Notes under the pieces: generated by a model
Databases searched by the model: none
What the model was told of the DNA's origin: nothing
Seen by the model: only the letters and a program-made list of their open reading frames with translations
In this document: piece after piece, positions 63,270 to 64,000 of the stretch
Layout of the letters: every line of letters starts with the position of its first letter
How positions within the stretch are numbered: position 1 is the first letter of the stretch
Position numbers and translations under genes: made by a program
Assembly: GCA_951406725.2 (NCBI GenBank)
Contig: OX597831.1
Coordinates: 74,958,001-75,022,000, forward strand
Origin: Octopus vulgaris
Lineage: Eukaryota
Direction: 5' to 3'
Length of the DNA: 64,000 nt

Positions 63270-63500
63270 AGGCGGTGAGCTGGCAAAACCGTTAGCACGC
63301 CGGGCGAAATGCGTAGCCGTATTTTGTCTGCCATTACGTTCTGAGTTCAAATTCCGCCGAGGTCGACTTTGCCTTTCATCCTTTTGGGGTCGATAAATTA
63401 AGTACCAGTTACGCACTGGGGTCGATGTAATCGACTTAATACCTATGTCTGTCCTTGTTTGTCCGCTCTATGTTTAGCCCCTTGTGGGTAGTAAACAAAA
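63270..63500 (+). mobile_element. SINE family A, full length
   Basis: Family homology. Confidence 0.9.
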
Positions 63501-63829
63501 AGTGTGTGTGTGGATATTCCACCAACACTGGAGCAACAAGTGCAGTGATTATCCAGATGTAGGATTTGTATTTAGCTACCTTCTCTTAGACGAACCACTA
63601 AAGAACTGGAGGGCCTCATCTGCCCTGGTGCCTGTGGTAATTCTGTGTGATCCTGATTAACCCTTAGGTGGGACCCTGGCAAGTGTTACTATTCTTTGTC
63701 AGTTCCACATTCCTCAAAATCATGGAACTTTCAAACCAGGACTCTGTTAATTGTTATAATTCAGTCATATCCACAACAATTGATTTTAAAGTATTATATT
63801 CTTTAAAATTAGAATATAATTTTGTTCTC

Positions 63830-64000
63830 AATCATAATTTTTGTGTTTGTTTATTATTTTTGGTACGACTGAGGTTTGATCATATCTCTGGTAGGATTTA
63901 TGTGGGTAGCAGGTTACTAACCGTAACCTTAGGTATCCACAAGTTTTCAGTAGTTTTTCAAGAGCTTAGAACCCTCCTGATAATCCTTGCTGTCCCTAAG
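63830..64000 (-). mobile_element. 3' end of an R4/Dong-type (RLE-encoding) non-LTR retrotransposon, running off the window end
   Basis: Minus strand encodes LGTARIIRRVLSS*; the related copy at 62350 extends it to VELLQVCLLGTARIIRRVL, resembling the LQKxxLLGTAxILRxVL C-terminus of RLE elements. Confidence 0.6.

Overview
AT-rich, repeat-saturated eukaryotic (animal) genomic DNA. The combination of tRNA-derived SINE families, RTE/CR1/Tx1/Penelope retroelements, mariner relics and very dense (TA)n/(CA)n/(AAT)n microsatellites strongly resembles an octopus (coleoid cephalopod) genome; this is inferred from my recollection of these repeat families, not from a search. I find no intact host protein-coding ORF. 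Almost all ORF-track entries are artefacts of SINEs, microsatellites or decayed transposases. A less repetitive zone at about 13.4-18.9 kb carries a CTCF-like motif, YY1-like motifs and divergent splice donors, and looks like a bidirectional promoter. The rest of the window would then be long 5' introns of two divergent genes. The mobile-element landscape includes one full-length dead mariner, two fragments of a second mariner family, four non-autonomous Helitrons, four GG...CC MITEs with 8-9 bp TSDs that carry telomere-like repeats (Merlin-like), a probable solo LTR, and a homogeneous 27-bp minisatellite whose every unit contains a consensus 5' splice site. Several mechanistically informative junctions are also visible: a 29-bp snap-back at a LINE 5' truncation, a perfect 89-bp palindrome, a locally templated insertion, SINE self-targeting, and SINE head/tail shuffling with an RTE-derived tail.
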